A stretch of 64,000 nucleotides of DNA, taken from assembly GCA_963836075.1 (NCBI GenBank), contig CAWIIB010000001.1, forward strand, positions 320,001-384,000, in the 5' to 3' direction. Source of the stretch: an uncultured Acidobacteriota bacterium. Lineage in GTDB: Bacteria > Acidobacteriota > JAQAZP01. The position numbers and the translations under genes are program-made. The notes beneath the pieces were generated by a model, which saw only the letters and a list, made by a program, of their open reading frames with translations, made no database searches and was not told the origin of the DNA. Positions 1 to 10,092 of this stretch are shown piece after piece (positions within the stretch are counted from its first letter, which is position 1; the number at the start of each line of letters is the position of its first letter).

Positions 1-1007
1 AAAAAGGTGCGCTGTCTGCGGCCGGCCTGTTGGCAGAAGGAAAGAAAGGCCAGCGGCAGCAGAAAGAGCGGGGTGTAGAAGGTGAGGGTCCAGAAATAGG
101 CGCTGCCGAAATAGCTCCACTGCGGTCCGATGCGGCCGAACAGTTCGGGGTTGACCAGGGTGAAGAAGTGGCGCAGCGGCAGGGAACCCAGCCGGTAGAG
201 CTCGGGGGCCATTTCCGACGAACGGGAGAGCTCGGGCAGCAGCTGCACCGCCGGCAACAGGTGGGCGGCGGCCAGGCCGCAGGCCAGTGTCACGGCCAGG
301 GCGAACTGCAGGCCGGAGAGCAGCCACCGCCGGTCCTCCTTCCCCGCATGGACAAGCCAGGCGAAGTAGAGCGGCAGGATGAACATCAGGTAGAGAAAGA
401 TCTGGGCAAAGGCCGAGAAGAGGATCACTGCCAGCACCAGGGCCAGTGCCGCCACGTGACGCCAGTTCCGCTGAACAGCCAGTCTGGCGGTACAGGCAAA
501 GGCCAGCGGCAGAAAGGGCAGCGTCTCCAGGTGACCCACAAAGCCGTTGGTCAGGTGCCCCATGTTGCGCACCCCGAATCCGTACGCCAGACCGCCGATG
601 ATCGCACCCCGGTTGCGCACACCGATCACCCGCAGAAAATACCAGGCGGCCATGGCGGCACAAAAATGGGTCAGCAGGTAGGTCCAGCTGGCCGCCGGAC
701 CGGTGGGCAGCAGCAGGTAGAGCAGGTGCATGGGGAAGAGCAGAGCGTAGTTCAGATTGCCCAGGATGGGATAGCCGCACATCAGGTGCGGGTTCCAGAG
801 AGGCAATGCCCCGCTGCCCCAAAGCGTGTCCCTGATCAGCATCTTCCAGCCGAAGGTCTGCCCCACCAGGTCGGAGAGCGGAGAGTAGACCATGCCGCCG
901 GGGTACAGGAGCACCGACCGGAAATAGACCAGGGTAAACACGCCGATGATGGCCGCGGCGGCCAGGACGCCCTTTCCCTGCTGCTGCTCTTTTCCGGTGC
1001 TCTTCAC
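1..1007 (-). CDS. YfhO-like polytopic membrane glycosyltransferase (GT-C fold); 3' end lies outside the window
   Basis: Hand translation from GTG at 1007 stays open to the window edge, so it is missing from the ORF track: ...SDLVGQTFGWK...LPLWNPHLMCGYPILGN... followed by many hydrophobic helices. The LPLWNP..GYP motif is typical of YfhO-family proteins. Confidence 0.7.
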   Translation of the reverse strand, partial: MKSTGKEQQQGKGVLAAAAIIGVFTLVYFRSVLLYPGGMVYSPLSDLVGQTFGWKMLIRDTLWGSGALPLWNPHLMCGYPILGNLNYALLFPMHLLYLLLPTGPAASWTYLLTHFCAAMAAWYFLRVIGVRNRGAIIGGLAYGFGVRNMGHLTNGFVGHLETLPFLPLAFACTARLAVQRNWRHVAALALVLAVILFSAFAQIFLYLMFILPLYFAWLVHAGKEDRRWLLSGLQFALAVTLACGLAAAHLLPAVQLLPELSRSSEMAPELYRLGSLPLRHFFTLVNPELFGRIGPQWSYFGSAYFWTLTFYTPLFLLPLAFLSFCQQAGRRQRTF

Positions 1008-1088
1008 GGTTTCCCTGTCCGGGTGTGGTTTGACCACGCCGAGTGTAGCCACGGCGGCCGCACCCTGTCAACGAAGGTCAGCCTGGTC

Positions 1089-1094
1089 TATAAT
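1089..1094 (+). promoter_or_regulatory. Putative sigma70 -10 box (TATAAT) about 10 nt upstream of the ATG at 1104; possibly a leaderless transcript
   Basis: Perfect TATAAT in the divergent intergenic gap; the -35 element is weak (CTGTCA 1065-1070). Confidence 0.4.
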
Positions 1095-1103
1095 CCGGCC
1101 GTG

Positions 1104-2682
1104 ATGAGGTACAGCGCCGGACCAGCCAGGAGACCTGATCACCCGGAACCGCTTTTTCGTTGCGGCCGCCCTGCTGCTGGCCCTCCATGCCCTGCTGCTG
1201 GTCGGCAGTTCCTGGAACAAAAGCCCCACCTACGACGAACCGGAACACCTGAAATTCGGCCTGGTCTACCTGGAGGAGGGGCGGCTCCCCGAGGCCGACG
1301 CCCAGCGCATGCCGGTGACCATGCTCAATGCCCTGGCACTGAAGATGTGCGGCGGCACCGTGAAACAGTTCGAAACCGAACGGCGCTACCTGCTCTGTGC
1401 CCGTCTGCCCACCATGCTCGCCTCGCTGCTGCTGGGCCTGGGCCTGCTCTGCTGGTCCAGCGGCCGTTTCGGCCGTGCCGGCGGCCTGCTCACCCTGGCC
1501 CTCTACAGCCTCTCACCCACCGTCATCGCCCACGGCCGGCTGGTGACCAACGATCTCTACACCGCCCTGGCCGTGGCCGCCGCGGTATACAGTTTCCGGC
1601 GTCTGTGCAGCGAACCTTCGGTCCGCTGGTTCCTGCTGGGGGGAGCGTGTCTGGGGCTGGCCCAGGCCTGCAAGTTCTCTTCGGTGGTGCTGATCCCGGC
1701 CTTTGCCGTAATTCTTCTCTACTCCCCGGCCCGGGCGCCGCTGGCTGCTTACCTTCGTCAACGTCCGGCACGCTGGGGCCTGGTGCCGCTCTACCCGCTG
1801 GGCGCCTTCTTCATGCTCGCTGCCGTGTACGGCTTCGACGGCCTTTTCCTGCCGGCGTCCAGTTTCGAGCATCACAGTTACACCTTCGCCTGGATCAAGG
1901 CGCGGATGCCCTGGCTCCGCCTGCCCCTGCCCCGGGTCTACCTCGAGGGCCTGGACCTCAGCCGCTACATCTCCACCCACCCCCAGGTGATCCGGGGTCA
2001 CAACTATCTCCTGGGCCGGATCAGCGATGACGGTTGGTGGTACTACTTCCTGGTGGTGGGTCTGCTGAAGACGCCGCTGGGCACTCTCGGCATCCTGACC
2101 CTGCGTGCCTGCCGGAGGATCCGGGACGGCCTTTCCCCGTATCTCCTGGTCCCGGCAACGGCTTTTTTCCTCTTCTTCAGCTTCTTCTCCTCGGTGCAGA
2201 TCGGCATCCGCTACCTGTTGCCGGCCTTGCCCCTGGCCTTTCTCTGGGCTGGCGGCCTGCTGCCCCGCGACAAACCCGTCGGCCGGCCGCTGAAGGTGGC
2301 GGTGGCCGTCCTGCTGGCCGCCTTGGCCATCTCCTCCCTCGCCGCCTTTCCCGACTACATCTCGTATACCGGTGAACTGGCCGGCCCGAGGATTCACGCC
2401 TGGCGGCTGATGGCCGACTCCAACCTCGAGTGGGGCCAGGACCGCTGGTATCTCCAGCAGTATCTGCAGCAGCACCCCGAAGCGCTGCTCAATCCCAAAG
2501 AACCCGCTGCCGGCCACCTGGTGGTGCGGGTCAACCTGCTCACCGGTGTGTTCCAGCCCAACCGTTACCCCTGGCTGCGGGAGAATTTCAATCCGGCAGA
2601 CACAATACGCGGATCTTACCTCGTCTACAGGATCAGCCACCGTGAATTGGAAGAACTGAGTCTGACGGGGGAAGCGGATTGA
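1104..2682 (+). CDS. GT39/ArnT/PMT-like membrane glycosyltransferase (GT-C fold); apparent +1 indel at 1108-1109
   Basis: ORF 1309..2682 extends upstream in frame through a TM helix and SPTYDEPEH (DE motif). It also has LVTND and LMADSNLEWGQD motifs. Removing one G from GGTAC at 1108 joins ATG 1104 (MSTAPDQPGDLITRNRFF...). Confidence 0.75.
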
Positions 2683-2970
2683 GAAGACCGGCCTCCTGCC
2701 GGCCAGGACCGGATCATTCAGGCAGGTCCGGCAGAAGGTTGCTCATGACCACCGCTGAGGGAACAGGAGGGAAGGACATGCTGAACCGGTAGCCCAGGAA
2801 TTCCTCGGGGTTATATCCTTCTTGACTGTATAGTGAGTAGATAGAGCTGGTTGACCAGGAATCGGCTGATCCTGCCTTCTCGACTGATCGACGGCATCAG
2901 CCACCATACTTCGGACGGCGCTCCTTGCACTTTTGCTGCGGAGCACCACCGATTGAAAAAGGAGTTCAAG

Positions 2971-4834
2971 ATGTCTCTACGCTCGGTGTTCAGCATGCTG
3001 GCCCTGATCGCCGTTCTCGTGCCGGCGGAGCTTCCCGCCGCACAACATCTGCCCAATGCAATGGGCAAGGTCAATATTCTCGAGAACGGACGTCAACGCG
3101 TCCTGCCGCTCTCCGGTCACCAGGAGGCGGGCAGCGTTCGGGCCGCCTGGGACGTGCTCCCGGGCTGGCCGGTGACCGTTCCCGCCTCAGGAGAGGAAGG
3201 CGGGATTCTCGTCGAATTGGATGGCGACAGCGACCTGGAGCTGGTCTCCACCGCGGGGACCACAATCAGCGCCCACAACCCCGACGGGACCACAGTTACC
3301 GGATGGCCCCGGACCACGGTAAACACCATCGGAGGTGCAGCTGCTGCAGGAGACATAGACGGTGACGGCGATCTGGAAATCGTGGTCAACACCTGGTCCT
3401 ATTCGAGCGCCGGCCAGATCGTGGCCTGGGAGCTGGACGGCACCCTGGTGGCCGGATTCCCGGTGGACAACGGCTATGCCATGCGTTCGGTGACCCTGGC
3501 CGACCTCGACGGCAACGGCACCATGGAAATCATCAGCAACACCAGGCTCTACCCGGTGGGCGAAGTGACGGTCTACCGCGGCGACGGTTCAATCTATCCC
3601 GGATGGCCGCAGCCGATCACCCACGTCCCGGCGGGCAGCGCCGCGGCGGGTGATATCGACGGCGATGGTGACCCGGAAGTGATCGGCATGTCCTACGACG
3701 CACTCTTCGCCTGGCACCATGACGGCACCGCGGTGAGCGGGTTCCCCTTCACCCTCCCGGTCAGCATCACCGTCTCCTACTCCTCGCCGGTACTCGCCGA
3801 TATCGACGGTGACGGCTTGCGGGAAATCGTTTTCGGCGCCTGTCACGAGAGTGGCGGCACCAGCCCGGTCTACGTGCTCAACGGCGACGGCACCGTTCTC
3901 CCCGGCTGGCCGCAGGTACACGCTGTACTGGAACTTTGCCCCGCCGGCGGTCTGCGACCTGGATGGAGACGGCGGCCTCGACGTGGTGTTCGGGGACCAG
4001 GTGCTCAGCGGCAGCGGGCCGGTGGACCGGCTCTATGCCTGGGACGCCTCGGGCACACCGCTGGCCGGATTCCCGGTGACCAACATTGATGCGGTCTTCG
4101 CCCACCCGCTGGCCGCCGATCTGGACGGCGATGCCGACCTGGAGATCCTGCTCACCGACAACGTCACCTATTCGTTTCCAATGGGCAGCGGCCGGCTCCA
4201 CGCCTGGCATCACGACGGCACGGCATCGGCCGATTTTCCGCTGGTGGTGATGGGCGGCACGACGTTTCTCAATGCCCCCTGTCTCGGTGACATGAATGAC
4301 GACGGTCTGCTCGACCTCGCTGCCCGGGCCAGCGATTTCAATAATAACCTGTCAAACATCTCCGTCTTCGGGTCCGACGTGGCCTGGGATCCGGCGAACG
4401 TCATCATCCCCTGCTTCCAGTACAACGTCCGGCACGACGGCCTCTATCCCGCAGCCGAATCGGTCGGGACAGTGGCGGCCACCTTCACCTGCGACCCGCC
4501 AAGCGGGACTCTGCCCTTCAGTTCGACCTTTTCGGTCAGCCTGGAGAACCTTTACGGTGGGGCCACGCGGCGCATTGCCGCCCGAGTCAATGTGACCACG
4601 GGCAGTGGTGGCTTCTACGGCAACTGGCGCAGCGGCTACACCAACGTGGCGGCCGGCAGCGCGTACACCAAAGCCTGGAACCAGGTGATTCCGGCTCTAG
4701 GTTCGCTGGTCGGCGACAATATCTTCACCCTGGCCGCCGAGGACGTGACCCCGGCACCCTACAACCAGCCGCCTTATCCAGCAGCCGGCGACACGGCAAC
4801 CGCGGGATGCACGGTGACCGGGTTGTCCCCGTGA
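2971..4834 (+). CDS. Secreted FG-GAP/VCBS repeat protein with an uncharacterised 121-aa C-terminal domain; +1 indel at about 3915
   Basis: RBS AAGGAG at 2959 and ATG at 2971. Signal peptide MSLRSVFSMLALIAVLVPA. Repeated D(L/I)DGDG..EIV....(A)W..DGT...G(W/F)P units run across ORFs 2851..4089 and 3809..4834, which join by removing one G at GGTAC 3915. Confidence 0.8.
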
Positions 4835-4844
4835 CTTGCGGTAA

Positions 4845-4879
4845 ATAAAAAACGGGCAGGTCCGACCGGGCCTGCCCGT
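4845..4879 (-). terminator. Intrinsic terminator for ppdK (may also act on the convergent gene)
   Basis: Stem ACGGGCAGG 4852-4860 / CCTGCCCGT 4871-4879, followed on the minus strand by a T tract. Confidence 0.75.
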
Positions 4880-4908
4880 GAGATTGCTTCGCTGCGCTCG
4901 CAATGACA
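4880..4908. repeat. Fragment of a palindromic REP/RPE-like element (GAGATTGCTTCGCTGCGCTCGCAATGACA)
   Basis: Imperfect hairpin whose antisense frames translate to VIASAAKQS and CHCERSEAIS, resembling the widespread GTCATTGCGAG...GAAGCAATC palindromic elements. Confidence 0.5.
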
Positions 4909-4912
4909 GCGA

Positions 4913-7642
4913 TCAGTCGTTGAGCGTGGCGATGGCCGCGGCCAGCCGGGCCACCGGGACACGGTAGGGCGAGCAGCTGACGTAGTCCAGGCCGGTCTTG
5001 TGGCAGAAGTCGACCGAACGGGGGTCGCCGCCGTGCTCGCCGCAGATGCCCACCTTGAGGTCCGGGCGGGTGGCGCGGCCCTTCTTCACCCCCATCTCCA
5101 CCAGCTGGCCCACGCCGCTCGATGTCGAGGGTCTGGAACGGATCGTCGGGCAGCACCTTCTTCTCCACGTATTCGGGCAGGAAGACCCCGGCGTCGTCAC
5201 GGCTGTAGCCGAAGGTCATCTGGGTCAGGTCGTTGGTGCCGAAGCTGAAGAACTCGGCGTTCTCCGCCACCTGGTCGGCGGTGAGGCAGGCCCGGGGGAT
5301 CTCGATCATCGTGCCGACGAGATACGGCGTCTCCACGCCGGCCTCCTTGAACACCTGCTGCACCACCTCTTCGGCCTGGTCCCGCAGGATGTCGAACTCG
5401 GCGGCGGCGCCGGTCAGCGGGATCATGATCTCGGGGAAGACGTCGACCTTCTCCTCCTTGACCAGGTAGCAGGCCGCTTCGATGATCGCCCGCACCTGCA
5501 TCTGGTAGATCTCGGGGTAGGTGATGCCCAGGCGGCAGCCGCGGTGGCCCAGCATGGGGTTCGACTCGCTGAGCTGGCTGACCCGGGCGGCGATCTTCTC
5601 CGGGGTCACACCCATCTCGGCGGCGATCTCCTCCTGGGCCTTCTTCTCGTGGGGCAGGAACTCGTGCAGCGGCGGATCGAGCAGCCGGATGGTCACCGGC
5701 AGGTCGTCCATCGCCCGGAGGATGCCGACGAAGTCCTCGCGCTGGATCGGCAGCAGCTTGTCCAGGGCCCGCTGGCGGTCGTCCAGGGTGTCGGCCAGGA
5801 TCATCTCGCGCATCTCCCGGATGCGGTCCTCGCCGAAGAACATGTGCTCGGTGCGGGTCAGGCCGATGCCCTGGGCGCCGAAGGCCCGGGCCACTTCGGA
5901 GTCGTGGGGCGTGTCGGCGTTGGTCCGCACCTTCATCCGCCGCACGTCGTCGGCCCATGACATCAGCTTGGCGAAGCGCTGGAACACCGGGGAATCGGCG
6001 GCGTCGAGGCTCTTCTCGGCCAGCACCTGGATCACCTCGGAAGGCCTGGTGGGCAGCTCGCCCAGCAGCACCTCGCCGGTGGTGCCGTCGATGGAGATGA
6101 AGTCGCCCTCCTTGACCACGGAGTCACCGACACTGAAGGAGTTCGACTTGTAGTCCACGTTGAGCGCCCCGCAGCCGGCCACGCAGCGCTTGCCCATGCC
6201 CCGGGCCACCACGGCGGCGTGGGAGGTCATCCCGCCCTTGGCGGTGAGGATGCCCTCGGCGGCGCTCATCCCGGCGATGTCCTCCGGCGACGTCTCCAGG
6301 CGGACCAGGATCACTTTTTTACCTTCCTTCTCCACCATTTCCACGGCGCGCTCGGCGGTGAAGGCCACCTGGCCGCAGGCCGCGCCGGGGCCGGCTTGAG
6401 GCCCCGGGCCAGTTTCCGGCCCTGATCCACCGCCTCCTGTTTGGCCACCGCCTCGAACACCGGGGCGAGGAACTGAACCAGCTGTTCGGGGTCCATGCGC
6501 AGCAGCGCTTCCCGCTGGTCGATCAGCCCTTCCTCAACCATGTCCACCGCGATGCGCACGGCGGCGAAGCCGGTGCGTTTTCCGGTGCGGGTCTGCAGCA
6601 GGAAGAGCTTCCTGTTCTGGATGGTGAACTCCAGGTCCTGCATCTCCTTGTAGTGGTTCTCCAACTGCAGGTAGGTCTGCTCCAGCTCCTTGTAGACCTC
6701 GGGCATCTCCTCTTCCAGGGAGGGCAGCGAGTCGTCACGTTTCTGGCTGATGTTGATCGGCTGGGGGGTGCGGATGCCGGCCACCACGTCCTCGCCCTGG
6801 GCGTTGACCAGGAACTCGCCGAAGAAGACCTTCTCGCCGGTGGCCGGGTCGCGGGTGAAGGCCACGCCGGTGGCGCAGTCGTCACCCATGTTGCCGAAGA
6901 CCATGGTCTGCACGTTCACCGCGGTGCCCCAGTCGTCGGGCAGGCGGTTCAGTTTCCTGTAGGTCACCGCCCGGGGCACGTTCCAGGAGGAGAACACCGC
7001 GCGGATCGCACCCCAGAGCTGCTCTTTCGGGTCGTCGGGGAACGGCTGGTTGGCATGCTTGTTGATACAGGCCTTGTAGCGGGAGATCAGCTCGATGAGG
7101 TGCTCCTCGTTCAGCTCGTTGTCCACTTCCACGCCGACCCGTTCCTTCAGCTTGGTCAGGATCTCCTCGAAGTGTTCGCCGTCCACGCCCATCACCACGT
7201 TGCCGTACATGTGGATCAGCCGGCGGTAGCAGTCGAGCACGAAGCGCTCGTTGCCGGTCTTCTCGGCCATGCCCACCAGGGTACGCTCGGTGAGGCCGAT
7301 GTTGAGCACCGTGTCCATCATTCCCGGCATGGAGGCGCGGGCACCGGAGCGGCAGGAGACCAGCAGCGGATCGTTCTCGTCGCCAAAAGTCTTGCCCATG
7401 GAGCGTTCCACCCGGGCCAGGTTGTCCATCACCTGCTGTTCAACGCCCTCGGGGAAATCCTCGTTGTTGGCCAGGAAGTGGATGCAGGTCTCGGTGGTGA
7501 TGGTGAACCCCGGGGGCACCGGGATGCCGAGGTTGGTCATCTCGGCCAGATTGGCGCCCTTGCCGCCCAGAAGGTTCTTCATCTCGGCCTTGCCTTCGGC
7601 CTGGCCGTCACCAAAGTAATAGACATATTTTGAACTGGTCAT
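4913..7642 (-). CDS. ppdK: Pyruvate, phosphate dikinase; two apparent indels (about 6396 and 5117)
   Basis: [37 protein letters not shown] (phospho-His), [16 protein letters not shown] and [10 protein letters not shown] are spread over three frames (6311..7678, 4725..6368, 4913..5200). Confidence 0.95.
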
Positions 7643-7781
7643 GATTTGCGGGCTCCTCGAATCTCTCCTGATGGACACATGGTTCCGTGTTCAGCCGGCT
7701 AACCGGCAAGTTTCCGTTCGCTAACTTGAATCAAGCGAACCGTGATTCTAACGAGACTCGGCACATTGTGCAATGCCTTAT

Positions 7782-8573
7782 TCAGGATTGGGGGGTCGTG
7801 GAGGCCCGCAGGGCGGAAATGGCGGACAGCGAGCGGATCTCCCGGCCCAGGTGGTGCCGCAGGCAACTGACCAGGGGCTTTTCAAGGCGCGCATCAAGCT
7901 TCAGCCCGGCGGCGGTGGTCCCGCCGAGCAGTTTGAGCAGCCCGAGACTGGAAAAGAGGCGCAGACGGCCCACCATGTCGCCGTCCAGCCGGTGGCCACC
8001 GGACGCCGTGGACTGGCAGGCCGCGCAGCGGAAGCCCTCTTCGGGATGGAGCCAGACGGTCGTGCCGGGCGGCAGCCGAAGACCGCAGCCGGCACAGCTG
8101 TCGTCCCCGGGGAAGAGACCGGAGAGCCGCAGCAGCCAGAACTCGAAGTAGCGCCGGACGGTGCCCAGCTGGGGCCCGGCGGAACAGGCCTGCTCCAGAC
8201 AGAGCCGCAGCAGGCGGTAGAGACCGTCGTGGGGATCCTGGGATTCGGTGAAACCGTCGGTCAGCTCGAGGAAGTAGGAGTGGAGAAACGAGAGGTCGAT
8301 ACTGGCCGAAACATCGCTGAAATAGGAGCGGACGATGGTGCACTCGTCGATGCGCACCAGCTCTCCCCGGCGGTTGTCGAACCAGTCCAGGGCCACCACG
8401 GTGGCCGGGAGGAAAACCCCGCCGAATCGCCGCACCCGCCCGCCACGGGCGCCGCGGGCCACGGCGCGCAGCTTGCCAGCCGTGCGGGTGAAGAAGACCA
8501 CGATCAGGTCCCGCTCGCGCAATTCATAGGTCCGAAGGACAAGGGCCTCGCTTTTTCCGCTTATCGGAGCCAT
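7782..8573 (-). CDS. recO: DNA repair protein RecO
   Basis: N-terminal OB fold (ALVLR..E.DLIV.FFT...GK..AVARGAR), YFEFWLLRLSG and a CxxC...CxxC zinc site; lies downstream of era. Confidence 0.9.
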   Translation of the reverse strand: MAPISGKSEALVLRTYELRERDLIVVFFTRTAGKLRAVARGARGGRVRRFGGVFLPATVVALDWFDNRRGELVRIDECTIVRSYFSDVSASIDLSFLHSYFLELTDGFTESQDPHDGLYRLLRLCLEQACSAGPQLGTVRRYFEFWLLRLSGLFPGDDSCAGCGLRLPPGTTVWLHPEEGFRCAACQSTASGGHRLDGDMVGRLRLFSSLGLLKLLGGTTAAGLKLDARLEKPLVSCLRHHLGREIRSLSAISALRASTTPQS

Positions 8574-8589
8574 TTTAAGGAACCATTGA

Positions 8590-10000
8590 CTAGCCGGCGA
8601 GGGGCACCACCAGGGGGACAAGGTAGTAGGCCATACCCAGGTAACAGAGCACGCCGAGGATGTCCACCGCGGTGGCCACGAACGGGGTGGCGGCCACGGC
8701 CGGATCGATCCCCGCTTTTTGCAAAGTCATGGGGACGATCGAACCGATGGTGCCGGCGATGATCATCGACGCCGAGAGGGCGATGCCAACCATGAGGCCG
8801 AAGAGCAGCGGACTGCTCAGGGACGGCTCCTGCAGCAGGCCGAGAGAGTAGGCGATGACGCCCAGCAGCAGGCCGTAGGACAGGCCCAGAACCACCGCGA
8901 TCCGGATCTCCTTCACCGCCACCCGGCCCAGCATGGAGAGCTCGATGCGGCCGGTGGCCAGGCCGCGGACGATGATGGTGGACGACTGGTTGCCGATGTT
9001 GCCGCCCATGCCCATGATGATCGGCAGGAAGTAGGTCAGCATGACAAAACTGGAAAGGGTGCCCTCGAACCGGGAGAGGATCGCCGTGGCCACGATGCCG
9101 CCGAAGAAGCTGGCCAGCAGCCAGGGCAGCCGGATCCGTGCACTCTTGAACACCGACTTGGTCAGGATCTCCTCGTCGCTGGTCCCGGCCATCTTGTAGA
9201 AGTCCTCGGTGGCTTCCTCCTTGATCACGTCCACCACGTCGTCGATGGTCACCACGCCCACCAGGCGGTTGTTCTCGTCGGTCACCGGGATGGCCAGCAG
9301 GTTGTACCGCGAGACGATGCGGGCCACCTCCTCCTGGTCGGTGTCGGTGGTGGCGCTGATCAGGTCGGTCTGCATGAACTGCTTCAGCGGCAGCTCGGGG
9401 TTGGAGAGCAGCAGCTGGCGCAGGGAGCAGACGCCGATCAGGTGGTTGCGGTCATCTACCACGTAGAGGTAGAAGATCATCTCCGTTTCCGCCGCGTCGC
9501 GCAGCGAGGAGATGGCGTCCTTGACCAGGGTGTCTTCGTCCAGGGCGAAGAACTCGGTGGTCATGATCCGGCCGGCGGTCTCCTCGTCGGTACTGCAGCA
9601 GGTCCTGGACGTCCTGGGCATCCTCGTCCCGCATCAGTTCCAGGATGCGGGCCGCGGTCTCTTCCTCCATGGCCGCGATATACTCGGTGGCATCGTCCGG
9701 TTCCAGTTCCTGGAGCAGACCGGCCGTATGTTGGTCATTGAAGCTGGACAGCAGTTCGACGCCGATGGTCGGGGGCATCTCGCTGAGCACCTCGGCGGCC
9801 AGTTCCTTATCCCGCTCCACCAGGAGGGTGAAGACGAAATTCTTCTCCGAGGTGTTGAGGTGGTTGAAGAGGTCGAAGATGTCCACCGCGCGCATCTGTC
9901 CCTTGACCAGCATGTTGTGGATGTGGCCGCGGGCCTGACGGCGGATCAGCCGCCGAAGCGAATCGATCATCACTTCGAGTTTGCGTCCCTGCATCGCCAT
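8590..10000 (-). CDS. mgtE: Magnesium transporter MgtE; +1 indel at about 9589
   Basis: The N domain (LEPDDA) is in ORF 9452..10000. ETAGRIMT, the CBS pair, RLPWL, MGGNIGNQ and IDPAVA are in ORF 8590..9621. Confidence 0.93.
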
Positions 10001-10092
10001 ACCTTGCGTGATGGTGCGTTGAATCTGATCCCGGATGCAAATAGTAGCAAAAACAGGAGAGACAAAGCAAAATCGGCGCCCGCGGACCCTGG

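Noticed and set aside
1128-1140. Non-canonical CTG/ATC start for the GT39 gene after AGGAGA
   Set aside because: The RBS spacing is poor, and deleting one G at GGTAC 1108 gives a normal ATG start.
30-2030. 666-aa + strand ORF
   Set aside because: It is the antisense shadow of the YfhO-like gene joined to an off-frame reading of the GT39 gene, and has no coherent motifs beyond the few codons at 1104.
4913-10000. ppdK and mgtE as pseudogenes or programmed frameshift genes
   Set aside because: All motifs are intact, I saw no nonsense changes or slippery heptamers, and the indel context follows the DNA strand, so sequencing error is more likely.
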